Positions 25,901 through 34,602 are shown, numbered from the stretch's first letter. The stretch is 64,000 nucleotides of DNA from an uncultured Acidobacteriota bacterium (GCA_963770895.1 CAVYRF010000001.1:448001-512000); one strand, 5' to 3'. Numbers and translations are program-made. Notes: generated from the letters alone by a model not told the origin.

Positions 25901-28593
25901 ACGATCCCTTCTTCAGTCTGGGCGGCGACTCGATCCGTTCCCTCCAGGTGATCGCGCTCGCCAGGAAGCGGGGACTCGCGATGACCCTCCAGGACCTGTT
26001 CCAGCGGCCGACGATCCGCCGCTTGGCGCAGGTCGTGCGGCTCGACGGTGTGGCGCCCGAGGCGGAATCTGTCCTGGCCCCCTTCGCCCTGATCGCCGCG
26101 GAGGACCGCGAACGGCTCGACGCCGCGATCGAGGACGCCTACCCGCTGGCGCGGCTCCAGGCCGGCATGCTGTTCCACAGTGAGCTCGCGCCGGCGTCGG
26201 CGATCTACCACGACCTCCACAGCTTCCACCTCCGGGCCCCCCTCGAGCCGGGCCGGATGCGCGAAGCCCTGCGCCAGGTCTCGCTGCTCCACCCCATGCT
26301 GCGGACTTCCTTCGACCTCGGAGACTTCCGCGAGCCCCTGCAACTGGTGCACGCCGGCGTCACCGTGCCGCTGGAGGTCTACGCCCCGCTGCGGGGGGGG
26401 CCGGACGAGCAGGCGGAGCTCCTGTCGGAGTGGCTGGCCGAGGAGCGGCGGCGAGGGTTCGACTGGACGCGTCCGCCCCTCGTCGCCTTCCACGTCCACC
26501 CGCGGGGCGAGGAGAGCTTCCAGATCACCTTGAGCTTCCATCACGCCGTCCTGGACGGCTGGAGCGCCGCCACCCTGCTCACCGACCTTTTCCGACGCTA
26601 CGCCCTGCTCCTCCGGGGTGAGCAGCCGCCCTCAAACTCCCCTCCCGAGGTGGCCTACCGGGACTTCGTGGCGCTCGAGCGCGCGGCGCGCGCCTCGCCA
26701 GAGGCGCGCAGCTTCTGGGGCCGGATGCTCGACGGCGCCGAGCCGGCCCGTCTGCCGCGCCTGGCGCCGGCGGCCGGGAGGACGGCGGCCGTGCGCGAGA
26801 TCCATCGCCCCATCGATCCGGCCCTGTCGGACGCCGCCCACCGCATGGCCCGCCGGGCCGAGGTGCCGCTCAAGAGCCTCCTGCTGGCGCTGCACGTCAA
26901 GGTCGCCGGACTCCTCGGCGGCACCCGCGACGTGCTCACCGGCCTGGTCTCGCACGGCCGGCCGGAGCACCCCGACAGCGAGCGGATCCTGGGACTCTTT
27001 CTCAACACCTTGCCCTTCCGGATCGAGTTGCACGCAGGCTCCTGGCGGGATCTCGCCCGCGAGGTCTTCGACCTGGAGCGCCGGATGCTCCCCTTCCGGC
27101 GTTTTCCGTTCGCCGACATGCGCGCTCCGGGGGGCGGCCGGCCGGGTCCGGAGATCGTCTACAGCTATCTCCACTTCCACGTCTACCAGGCCACCATGGA
27201 CGTGCACGGGACCGAGGTCCTGGGACGGTACGGTTACGAGGAAACCAACTTTCCCCTGGTCGTCAACCTTTCGCTCGATCCCTTCTCGCAGCAGCTGCGG
27301 CTGGACCTCTCCTGCCGCACGCCGGATCTCGACCCGCTGGAGGCCGAAAGATTCGCCGATTTCCTGCTCCGCGCCCTGGAGGCGGCCACGGCCGACGCGG
27401 AGTCCCCGCATGACGCGCTCAGCCTCTCGGCTGCCGAGCGCCAGCAGCTCCTCGACCGCCTGGACCAACCGGTCGACCGGCTACCGGTTGCGCAGCCGCG
27501 GAGCCCCGGCAGGGCCCTGGTGGCGCCGCGGACGCCGGTGGAGGAGGTCCTGGTGGAGATCTGGGCGGAGATCCTGGGTACGGGGAGAGTGGGCGTCCGC
27601 GACAGCTTCTTCGATCTCGGCGGGCACTCCCTGACCGCCGTTCACCTGATGGCCCGCATCAAGCGGCGGCTCGGCAGGACGCTCCCCCTGACCGCCCTGT
27701 TCGAGGCGCCCACCGTGGAGGCCCTGGCCGCGCTGCTCTCCCGGCCGGGCACCGAGATCGCGGAGCTGCGGCGTCCGGCCGTGGTCGTCCTCAAACCGGA
27801 GGGGGGCCGCCCCCCCTTCTTCTGCGTCCACCCCGTCGGCGGCAACGTCCTTTGCTATCTGGATCTGGCGCGGCATCTCCCGGCGGAGCAGCCGTTCTAC
27901 GGCCTCCAGACGCCCGGTGCCGGGCCGGCCAGCCTGGAAGAGATCGCCACCCGCTACCTGAGCGAGCTGCGGCGGGTCTGGCCGCGGGGTCCCTACCGGC
28001 TCGGGGGCTGGTCCCTGGGCGGGCTGATCGCGTTTGAGATGGCGCGGCAGCTGGCAGCGCAAGGGGAGCAGCCCGAGCTGGTGGCGCTGATCGACACGCT
28101 GCCGCCGGCTCCTGCCCCGGAGCCGGCACAGGGGGAGCTGGTGGCCCGATTCGCCGAGGATCTAGGCCAGCTCCTGGGCGGCGACCTCGGGATCCCGCCC
28201 GAGAGGCTGCGCAGCCTTGCCAGGGGAGAGACGCTGGACCAAGCCGTCCGGCAGGCCCACGCCGCGGGCCTGCTGCCGGAAGAGGTGGGCGTCGCCCAGA
28301 TTGCGCCGCTCTTCGCGACCTTCGCCGCCAACCTGCGGGCGGGGCGATCGTACGACCCCGGACCCTACCCGGGGCGCCTCACCCTCTGGATGGCGGACGC
28401 GACCCTGGCCACGGTCCCCGATCTGCCCGACCGCTGGGGCCGCCTGGCTCTGGCGGGCCTGGAGACGAGCACGCTGATGAGCGACCACTACGGCCTGCTG
28501 CGCCGGCCCGCCGTCGAACGGCTGGCCGGGGAGCTCGCCGCCCGCCTCGGGCTGGTCGACATCGACGACCAGCCCGGCGCCGTCTGCTGGTAA
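22981..28593 (+). CDS. NRPS: degenerate C (interface-like)-A(Asn)-T-C-T-TE
   Basis: The N-terminal C-like domain has PPLAADG in place of HHxxxDG. A code DLTKVGEVGK (Asn-type); T GGDSI; C HHAVLDG; T GGHSL; TE GWSLG. Confidence 0.93.
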   Translation: MMQQAASAGFRLSPQQQHVWWAQLGEHSAAFVVQARIDVTGPLDRARLAAALAAVVERHEILRTAFPRLPGLGIPVQAIAGAGAIDWRESSLTGLPAALRQAALDRLCDDVRELPFDLAQGPLVRAILIVLGGERHALLVTQPPLAADGPSLDLLAADTAAAYHGRLAGEALQYADLAEILHEWQGSPAEEAGPAFWRDQDLSALVRVPAGPAGLPDGQPFRPRRVRRHLGRAAIEEAAARLGTPLWQLLLAGWMGAIHASTGEEELVVGVLFDGRTCEEFRGALGPFARYVPVRGRAAADSTLAELCGALADTLANAARRQDFFSSEPVERLLAQHGATGWPFGFDYRQRGEPAAVPGSPRFAIGDGYLGLDRFGVRLSVLDDGRSLRAELTYDPALVRPGEAGRSLERLARVLDGLLAGSPLGEIEVLTDDERRELLALDRTETAVPAGLLAHQLFEEQARRAPDALAVVHAGCAWTYGELDARANRLARWMCAAGLGPGSFVGLCLQRSPELVAAVLGTLKAGAAYVPLDPGAPAERLAWMAEDAGLSLLLTRESLLPLLSGEDGEAPPPVADPADLAYVIYTSGSTGRPKGVMIAHRGLVNYLLWARQTYGAGEGAGAPVHSAIGFDLTVTSLLVPLAAGTAVTLVDEGRAVEALAGALRGTGGFSLVKLTPAHLDVLNAVLAEGELAGRARVLVIGGEALRGESVAPWREHAADTRLINEYGPTEATVGCCVHQVVPDDPQAGAVAIGHAIANTRLHVVGRGMRRVPLGAPGELWIGGDGLARGYLGRPELTAERFVPDPFAEEAGRAGERLYRTGDLVRRGRDSGLEFLGRVDGQLKIRGFRIEPGEIEAVLAAHPKVRECVVLARETQHGKQLVACVVPRSPAGRPAAAELRRQLEERLPDYMVPSFFAVLESLPLTPNGKVDRRALLASGLPEHEETPYAPPRTLVEEVLAEIWMELLGMSRVGIDDPFFSLGGDSIRSLQVIALARKRGLAMTLQDLFQRPTIRRLAQVVRLDGVAPEAESVLAPFALIAAEDRERLDAAIEDAYPLARLQAGMLFHSELAPASAIYHDLHSFHLRAPLEPGRMREALRQVSLLHPMLRTSFDLGDFREPLQLVHAGVTVPLEVYAPLRGGPDEQAELLSEWLAEERRRGFDWTRPPLVAFHVHPRGEESFQITLSFHHAVLDGWSAATLLTDLFRRYALLLRGEQPPSNSPPEVAYRDFVALERAARASPEARSFWGRMLDGAEPARLPRLAPAAGRTAAVREIHRPIDPALSDAAHRMARRAEVPLKSLLLALHVKVAGLLGGTRDVLTGLVSHGRPEHPDSERILGLFLNTLPFRIELHAGSWRDLAREVFDLERRMLPFRRFPFADMRAPGGGRPGPEIVYSYLHFHVYQATMDVHGTEVLGRYGYEETNFPLVVNLSLDPFSQQLRLDLSCRTPDLDPLEAERFADFLLRALEAATADAESPHDALSLSAAERQQLLDRLDQPVDRLPVAQPRSPGRALVAPRTPVEEVLVEIWAEILGTGRVGVRDSFFDLGGHSLTAVHLMARIKRRLGRTLPLTALFEAPTVEALAALLSRPGTEIAELRRPAVVVLKPEGGRPPFFCVHPVGGNVLCYLDLARHLPAEQPFYGLQTPGAGPASLEEIATRYLSELRRVWPRGPYRLGGWSLGGLIAFEMARQLAAQGEQPELVALIDTLPPAPAPEPAQGELVARFAEDLGQLLGGDLGIPPERLRSLARGETLDQAVRQAHAAGLLPEEVGVAQIAPLFATFAANLRAGRSYDPGPYPGRLTLWMADATLATVPDLPDRWGRLALAGLETSTLMSDHYGLLRRPAVERLAGELAARLGLVDIDDQPGAVCW

Positions 28594-28636
28594 CCCCCCC
28601 CGCTCCATCCAGCCATCCGCGCTCCTCCGGGCGGCA

Positions 28637-28664
28637 GGCTCCGGCCCTGTGCAGGGCCGGAGCC
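28637..28664. terminator. GC-rich hairpin between convergent genes (likely terminator)
   Basis: Perfect inverted repeat GGCTCCGGCCCTG-TG-CAGGGCCGGAGCC just after the NRPS stop. There is no U-tract. Confidence 0.55.
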
Positions 28665-28687
28665 CACGCCGTCCCCACCCTGGCGGC

Positions 28688-29125
28688 TCAGTCGTCCTGG
28701 CCGGGCTCGCAGGCGCAGGCGGGTAGCGGCACCTGGGAGAGGTAGAGGTCGGTGGGGGTGGTCAATCGCAGCATGCAGCCCTTTCTGTCCTGGTTGGCGT
28801 AGACCTCGTACACCACGCCCGAATTCGAGGCGAAGCGGGTCTTCGAAGTCAGCACGCGCAGGTCCGCCGCCAGACGGGAGTTGGGACGCGGCATGTTGGC
28901 GACCTGTTGCAACAGATCCTGCATCGCGCTCACCGCGAGGGTGTGCGCCACCGCCCGCGGCTCCTTGTTGTCGACCAGCATCTGCTCGATGCCCTGCTGC
29001 ACCTGCGCCCCGCATTCGCCGCCGGCGAGGTTGTCGATGCGCTGCGGGTTATATGTCGCACACCCCGCGGCGCCTGAGAGCATTGCTGCCAGCGCCGCGG
29101 CGGCCAAGCTACTCTTGAAGTTCAT
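28688..29125 (-). CDS. Hypothetical lipoprotein (145 aa)
   Basis: RBS GGAGG precedes the ATG. Signal peptide MNFKSSLAAAALAAMLSGAAG-C (lipobox-like) and a C-terminal CAC motif. Confidence 0.7.
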   Translation of the reverse strand: MNFKSSLAAAALAAMLSGAAGCATYNPQRIDNLAGGECGAQVQQGIEQMLVDNKEPRAVAHTLAVSAMQDLLQQVANMPRPNSRLAADLRVLTSKTRFASNSGVVYEVYANQDRKGCMLRLTTPTDLYLSQVPLPACACEPGQDD

Positions 29126-29403
29126 AGAGCCTCCTGAAAGACTCCCACGCGGCCGCGCATGGGGTCCTGCCAAAAGATGCGCCGGCCGCTTCCCCGCGGG
29201 GACATGGGGTGGGCGCGAGACCCGTGCCGCCTCTGGCGCACAGGCGGTGTTTCCGGCCATCCGGCTCTGGTAGACTGATGCCGGCGCGAGCAGGTCGCGT
29301 CATGTCCGCGCAAGGGCCGCGCCCACCTGCACCGAGCAACGTTGCCTTCCCTGCGCAACCTCTTTCGCCTGTCTTGCGGACCAGGCATACGAAGGAGGTA
29401 AGC

Positions 29404-30882
29404 GTGCACCTCGAACAACAGAAGAAACAGGCCCGCGAGCTGTTGCGGGCAGTCCGCGCAGGCAGCGACGACGCCCTCGCCCGGCTGCGCAGCCGCAGCC
29501 TTCGTTGGGCCGGCGTGGATGTCGCCGTCGTGCGGCAAGACGTGGCCTTGCACGATGCGCAGTTCGTGATCGCGCGGGAGCAAGGGTTCGCCAGCTGGAC
29601 CAAGCTGAAAGCCTACGCAGAACCGTCTCCGCACGCACGCCATACGCGGCTCTTCGTCGCCGACGTGCAGTGGCTCACGGAGCGGGCTCGTGGCCTCCTG
29701 CGGACCCGCCAGTCGGCAGGTCCGGCGGCGCTGGAGCAGATTCGCGCCTGGCACCCGCGTTTTGACGGTTGCTCCGACGACGAGATCCTGCGTGCGCCGC
29801 TGACCGAGGCAGACGCTCAACTCGTCTATGCCAGGGAGCATGGGTTCGATCGTTGGAGCGACCTGCTCGAGCGCGTCAACCTGCTTGCCTCGGCGCCGCA
29901 CCCTGAGGCGACGGAACCCTTCCTGGCCGCCTTTCGGGCCATGGAAGCGGGAGATGCCGCAGGCCTGCATTCGTTGCTGCTGCGCCACCCGCGGCTGGTC
30001 AAGGAAGCCGGCACCAACGGCAATACGCTGCTCAACCTCGCGGTGAGCCTCGCCGCGAAGTCCCCACGTGGTCCTGCAGGAATGCGGCTGGTGGAGTCTC
30101 TGCTTGCTGCCGGCGCGGATGTGAACGAAGCGAACGACCGGGGATGGACGCCCTTGCATGCGGCGGCGTACTCAAACCACTGCGCGATTGCCACTGCATT
30201 GATCCAGCGCGGAGCAGACCTGGACCTGGAAGCCCACGGTTCGGGAGGAACTCCCTTGATCACCGCGTTGTTCTGGGGGCACCGCGAAGTGGCCGATGTG
30301 CTGGGCCGCCACTGCCTGGCTCCCGGCAATCTACGCGCCGCCGCCGGCTTGGGGAGCCATCAGCTCCTGGAGCAGTGCTTCTCCGGCGAACGGACGCTCA
30401 CCACGGATGCTTTCGCGGCACGAGGATTCTACCGGCCGCATAGTGGATTTCCGGACTGGCGCCCGTCGGCCGATCCCCAGGAGGTCCTGGACGAGGCGCT
30501 GGTCTGGGCATGTAAGAGCGGCCGCACGGAGGTGCTCCCGCGCCTGGTTCGAGCTGGGGCGCGCCTGGACACCGACCCGTATCGCGGCACGCCGCTGATC
30601 TGGGCGGCGGTCTGCAACCGCATGGACACGGCCGAATGGCTGATCGATCACGGAGCGACCGTAGACCTGAAGGCCACGTTCGGCGGTCTCACGCACGGCC
30701 AGGGCGTGACCGCACTGCACATGGCATCGCAGAATGGCCACCTCGCCATGGTGCAGCTCCTCATCCAAAGAAAAGCGGATCCGAAGATCAAGGATGACCT
30801 GTATCACGGCGACGCCGAAGGGGCAGCCAGCCACTTCGGGCAGATCGCCGTGCGTGATTACCTGCGCTCTATCGGGCGATAG
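29404..30882 (+). CDS. Ankyrin repeat protein
   Basis: RBS AAGGAGG then GTG. N-terminal LEQQKKQARELL motif; ankyrin repeats GWTPLHAAA, GTPLITA, GTPLIWAA, GVTALHMA. Confidence 0.88.
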   Translation: MHLEQQKKQARELLRAVRAGSDDALARLRSRSLRWAGVDVAVVRQDVALHDAQFVIAREQGFASWTKLKAYAEPSPHARHTRLFVADVQWLTERARGLLRTRQSAGPAALEQIRAWHPRFDGCSDDEILRAPLTEADAQLVYAREHGFDRWSDLLERVNLLASAPHPEATEPFLAAFRAMEAGDAAGLHSLLLRHPRLVKEAGTNGNTLLNLAVSLAAKSPRGPAGMRLVESLLAAGADVNEANDRGWTPLHAAAYSNHCAIATALIQRGADLDLEAHGSGGTPLITALFWGHREVADVLGRHCLAPGNLRAAAGLGSHQLLEQCFSGERTLTTDAFAARGFYRPHSGFPDWRPSADPQEVLDEALVWACKSGRTEVLPRLVRAGARLDTDPYRGTPLIWAAVCNRMDTAEWLIDHGATVDLKATFGGLTHGQGVTALHMASQNGHLAMVQLLIQRKADPKIKDDLYHGDAEGAASHFGQIAVRDYLRSIGR

Positions 30883-30937
30883 ATCGATTCCCGCTGGACC
30901 TGCCGCGGCGGGAGTGGCGGCGAGGAGCGCGGTGCCC

Positions 30938-30967
30938 TTGCCGCACGACCGGCAGTGCCGATATACT
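30938..30967 (+). promoter_or_regulatory. Putative sigma70 promoter for the Cys-rich peptide gene
   Basis: TTGCCG-N18-TATACT upstream of 31047. Confidence 0.55.
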
Positions 30968-31046
30968 TAAATCAAGCGCTGCAGGCGATTCTGCGCGAAA
31001 TCCTGCTTTCGTCGCTTCCCATTTCGTGGAACAGAAAGGACTTGTC

Positions 31047-31430
31047 ATGTCGAAGATCCGTATCCTGCTTGTCCCTGCCATCCTGCTGATTGTCGCTTTG
31101 ACCGCCGGAACGGCCTTCGGAGCAGCTGCCGACACGCAGCCGGGCACGGCGTCCGCTTCGCTGGTTGCGCCGGCGCCAGCCTGCCATGCCAACGCGTCCA
31201 TGCTGGCAGTGCCGACCCTGCTGCCCTTGGCGCAACAGCTCAGCTCCTCCGAACCTCTCCTTAAAACCAACATGTGCGGCTCGTGCAGCGACGCCGTATG
31301 CCAAGGCGTGGGCGTGAACTTCGTGTGCAAGATCGTGGGCACTCAACGGTACCATTGCATCAACGCGTTGGAGAACTTCTGCTCGGACAATACCGCGCAG
31401 TGCGAGTGCGAGCTCACTGGCGGTAACTGA
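31047..31430 (+). CDS. Secreted Cys-rich mini-protein, family A (127 aa)
   Basis: RBS AAAGGA. Signal peptide, Ala/Pro-rich pro-region, and a C-terminal 8-Cys domain CGSCSDAVCQG...CEC. Confidence 0.8.
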   Translation: MSKIRILLVPAILLIVALTAGTAFGAAADTQPGTASASLVAPAPACHANASMLAVPTLLPLAQQLSSSEPLLKTNMCGSCSDAVCQGVGVNFVCKIVGTQRYHCINALENFCSDNTAQCECELTGGN

Positions 31431-31587
31431 CGCTCACTACCTCGACCTTCCGGTGGGCCGCCTTCGACCTGGCGCCCACCAGAAGATTCCCAGGCGTTGG
31501 GTTGCGTCACGGTCGGGCGCCACTTCCTGGCCGCCCTCCAGCTCATCTTTGAGCCCGCGGCGCGCGATCGGCCGTCGTCAGGCCATT

Positions 31588-32223
31588 TCAGGCGGTGGGA
31601 GCAGAGTACGACAGCTCAACAAAGCCGTTCTTGTAAGCGACTACGTTCGTCAAATCCCACCTCTCCTCCGTCAGGGCACCACCGAAGAGCCGAAGTCCTT
31701 CACCCAACAGAACGGGCGCTATCGTCAGGCTGATCTGGTCCACCAAGCCCAGCTCCAGGAAGCGCTGGCTCAGCATGGCGCCGCCGACGAGCCAGATGTT
31801 GCGATAGCGAGATGCGAGTCTCCCATCGATCAGTGTCTTGAGATCGCCCGCATAGAATTGGACGCTTTTCCTTGCCGGCGGCCATTCCCTGCTGGTCACC
31901 ACCACGACCGGAGTATCGCCGTATGGCCAGCCTAGCTCAAGCGCATGTTCATAGGTGCGGGAACCGAGCACGTAACAGTCGATCGCCTTGACGAAGGCCG
32001 CGGCTTCCTCCTCTGAAATGGAAACCCCGGCGTCGTAGGTGCCGCCAGCGCCATGCAGCCAGGAGACGCTGTTGTCCTTCTTCGCGATGAAGCCGTCCAA
32101 ACTGGAAACCACGTGCAACGTTACACTTCGTCGTGTTGCATCTCCTTCGCTGCGTGCCAAGAGTTCCTCCTTGCTTGGGTCGACACTGGCGCGGCTTCTC
32201 CTACGCACCGCATCTTGGGTCAT
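31588..32223 (-). CDS. Dihydrofolate reductase / RibD C-terminal family protein
   Basis: VSSLDGFIA, VLGSRTYE, IWLVGGA and PVLLGEG motifs. The start is uncertain. Confidence 0.88.
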   Translation of the reverse strand: MTQDAVRRRSRASVDPSKEELLARSEGDATRRSVTLHVVSSLDGFIAKKDNSVSWLHGAGGTYDAGVSISEEEAAAFVKAIDCYVLGSRTYEHALELGWPYGDTPVVVVTSREWPPARKSVQFYAGDLKTLIDGRLASRYRNIWLVGGAMLSQRFLELGLVDQISLTIAPVLLGEGLRLFGGALTEERWDLTNVVAYKNGFVELSYSAPTA

Positions 32224-32281
32224 GTTAATCTGGTGCCGTTCGCGACCACTTCCTTGGAGCGGGCCACGCCCACCGATCACG

Positions 32282-32485
32282 ATGAAAACACTAGAGATCG
32301 AGATTCCTGACCAGCTCGGCCGCCAGATCGAAGAGCTCGTGCGCCGCGGCTGGTTCACCAACGAGAGCGATCTGACCCGCCAGGCGCTCGGCGACTTCTT
32401 GCGCCATCACCTTCTCGATCTTCAGGAGCAGCACCAGCTCGGCGACATAGAGTGGGCGCGCAGCCTCAAATCGCAGGCCGAATGA
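32282..32485 (+). CDS. CopG/ribbon-helix-helix antitoxin-like protein
   Basis: MKTLEIEIPDQL...GWFTNESDLTRQAL pattern; coupled (ATGA) to a PIN gene. Confidence 0.75.
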   Translation: MKTLEIEIPDQLGRQIEELVRRGWFTNESDLTRQALGDFLRHHLLDLQEQHQLGDIEWARSLKSQAE

Positions 32486-32985
32486 AGCGGATCGTCTGCG
32501 ACACCGGTCCGCTGATTCATCTCTTCGAAGCGAATCTCTTGAACCTCCTGGAGGCCGCTGGGGAGAGTCTCATCCCTCCCGGCGTCGCCGCTGAGCTCGA
32601 AGCTGCGGCACCTGACCTGAAGGTTGATGACCTGCCATGGCTGGTCACTCGTCCTCTGCGCCAACCTCACGATGCCCAGGCCAGAGACTGGCACCGCGCT
32701 GGTCTGCTCCACTTGGGCGAATCGGAGGCCCTGGCTCTCGCGCAGCAGGAGCAGGCCGGCTGGTTCCTCACCGATGACAGCGCCGCGCGTGTGGTCGCCG
32801 AGCAGATGGCGGTCGAGGTGCATGGTTCGCTCGGAGTCCTCCTGTGGGGCGCTGCGACTGGCTTCTTCGTCGATCTTCCCGCCGCAGAAGTGGCACTCGA
32901 CCGCCTGCGCAACTCGTCGCTCTGGCTCTCTCCGCGCGTGTTGAGCGAAGCGCGTCGCGCACTCCTCGACCTCCTCACCTCCTGA
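32482..32985 (+). CDS. PIN-domain (DUF3368-like) putative toxin
   Basis: IVCDTGPLIHL, LHLGESEALALA, LTDDSAAR and GSLGVL motifs. Confidence 0.85.
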   Translation: MKRIVCDTGPLIHLFEANLLNLLEAAGESLIPPGVAAELEAAAPDLKVDDLPWLVTRPLRQPHDAQARDWHRAGLLHLGESEALALAQQEQAGWFLTDDSAARVVAEQMAVEVHGSLGVLLWGAATGFFVDLPAAEVALDRLRNSSLWLSPRVLSEARRALLDLLTS

Positions 32986-33070
32986 GGCCACGGGGATTCG
33001 GCTCGCGCGGCCAGGGGCGGTGGCTCGGCCGGGCAAACGCTTTGTCACTGCTGGCGCCGGCGCGCCCGTG

Positions 33071-33099
33071 TTGAGGTTCGACCTTGCCGTCAGTATATT
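33071..33099 (+). promoter_or_regulatory. Putative sigma70 promoter, leaderless transcript
   Basis: TTGAGG-N17-TATATT lies 7 nt before the ATG at 33107, with no RBS. Confidence 0.55.
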
Positions 33100-33106
33100 A
33101 GCGATC

Positions 33107-33922
33107 ATGAACCGGAGGCGGTGCCGGCCGACCACGACCCTCGGCTTGTTGGCCCTGATCGCGGCGGCGCTTGCGGGCGGGGCGCGCGCCGCGGCGCCTC
33201 GGGCCGGGGTCTGGTTCTGTGGCGACTTCGAGACCGGCGGGCTCCAGGGGTGGAGCTGGGACATGGCGAGCAGTGAGTCGGCCCAGGTGGTGACCCGGCC
33301 GGTGCGCAGCGGGCGCTACGCGGTGCGCATCACGGTGGCGCCCGGCGATCGGGGCGCCGGCAAGGAGCGGGCCGAGCTCAAGTTGGAGGACAAAGACGTC
33401 GAGCGCGTCCACGGTCGCCAGGGCGGCGACCTCTGGTACGGGTGGAGCCTGTTCATCCCCGACGGCTACGCCGACCCGCCGGAGGATCAGTTCCAGATCC
33501 TCGGCCAGTGGCACCACCGCCCGCCCGAGCCGACGGCCGCGGACCCGCGGCCGCGGGTGGGCGGCCCGCCCCCGCTCTCCCTCCACCTGGTCGCCGAGGA
33601 GGGCCGGCACTTCCTGGTGCTGATCGGCCAGACCTCGCCCAAGGCGCCCCCCCGCAACCTGGGAGAGCACCCGATCCGGCTGGGAACCTGGATCGACCTG
33701 GTATTCCACATCCACTGCTCGACCGGCGCCGACGGCTTCGTGGAAGCCTGGTGCGACGCCCAGCCCTTCACCAAGGGCCGCATCGGCGGCGCGACCCTCT
33801 ACACCCCGACCGCCAACTACCTGCGCCTGGGCCTGTACCGCACCAAGGGCATCGCCACCACCAACCACGTCTTCTACGACGAGGTGCGAATCGGCAGCTC
33901 CTATCAAGCTGTGGCGCCGTGA
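33107..33922 (+). CDS. Secreted polysaccharide lyase-like (jelly-roll) protein
   Basis: Signal peptide; GDFETG, ERAEL, WYGWS, ILGQWH, GFVEAW, YLRLGLYR and VFYDEVRIG motifs. Confidence 0.75.
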   Translation: MNRRRCRPTTTLGLLALIAAALAGGARAAAPRAGVWFCGDFETGGLQGWSWDMASSESAQVVTRPVRSGRYAVRITVAPGDRGAGKERAELKLEDKDVERVHGRQGGDLWYGWSLFIPDGYADPPEDQFQILGQWHHRPPEPTAADPRPRVGGPPPLSLHLVAEEGRHFLVLIGQTSPKAPPRNLGEHPIRLGTWIDLVFHIHCSTGADGFVEAWCDAQPFTKGRIGGATLYTPTANYLRLGLYRTKGIATTNHVFYDEVRIGSSYQAVAP

Positions 33923-33975
33923 GCCCAGTGGTCGGTGCACTTCGAAGGAGCCGGCCGAGACTTCCATTGAGATTG

Positions 33976-34066
33976 GCAACCACGCTCCGCCGGCCCCCGG
34001 CCCGATCGCGGTCGCGCCGCCAGGCGCGCCGCGATTGGGGCAACAGGAGCCTGCCGGGCCGCGAGA
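33976..34066 (+). repeat. REP-like hairpin repeat, copy 1
   Basis: Near-identical to 34465-34556. Core GATCGCGGTCGCGCC-GCCA-GGCGCGCCGCGATTGGGGCAAC. Confidence 0.9.
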
Positions 34067-34222
34067 TCCGTGCCGTCGGCAAGCCGAGGCCGGTTACGGC
34101 GCCAATGGTTCCGCCACAGCCCCATGCCGCGGCAGGGTCGGATGCAACCCGGCGTCGCACTGTAGTTGCTGAACAGGCCGGCGTGGCGCTCCAGCCCCGC
34201 AAGCGATCGAGGAGAGAACGAC

Positions 34223-34438
34223 ATGAGGCGAACTCGCGTGCTGATGATGGGAATCATGGTGGCGCTGATGATCCTGGCGGGCCGCGGCCAGGCCAGGGCG
34301 GACCTCCAGACCTGCATCGACTTGTGCTATCGGGCAGAGCAGCTCTGCAAGCTCAACTGCGACGGCAACACAACCTGCATCAACACCTGCGAGACGAACT
34401 ACAACACGTGCGTTTTTGACGGCTGCGACCGCGAATAG
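34223..34438 (+). CDS. Secreted Cys-rich mini-protein, family B (71 aa, CX3C helical-hairpin pattern)
   Basis: RBS GAGGAG. Signal peptide ending ARA, then mature DLQTCIDLCYRAEQLCKLNCDGNTTCINTCETNYNTCVFDGCDRE. Confidence 0.8.
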   Translation: MRRTRVLMMGIMVALMILAGRGQARADLQTCIDLCYRAEQLCKLNCDGNTTCINTCETNYNTCVFDGCDRE

Positions 34439-34464
34439 GCGCCAGAGGCGCGGCGCCGCTCATC

Positions 34465-34556
34465 GCAACGACGCTCCGCCGGCCCCCCGGCCCGATCGCG
34501 GTCGCGCCGCCAGGCGCGCCGCGATTGGGGCAACAGGAGCTTGCCGGGCCGCGAGA
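34465..34556 (+). repeat. REP-like hairpin repeat, copy 2
   Basis: Direct repeat of 33976-34066 with few differences. Confidence 0.9.
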
Positions 34557-34560
34557 CGGG

Positions 34561-34588
34561 CCGGGCCGGCTGTGTGCAGCTGGCCCGG
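34561..34588. terminator. Hairpin between convergent peptide genes
   Basis: CCGGGCCGGCTG-TGTG-CAGCTGGCCCGG. Confidence 0.45.
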
Positions 34589-34602
34589 CTGTGTGCGCAG
34601 CC

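Noticed and set aside
33976-34556. Repeat as a CRISPR array or integron attC
   Set aside because: There are only two ~90-bp copies 489 bp apart, no cas or intI gene, and no RYYYAAC...GTTRRRY inverted core pair.
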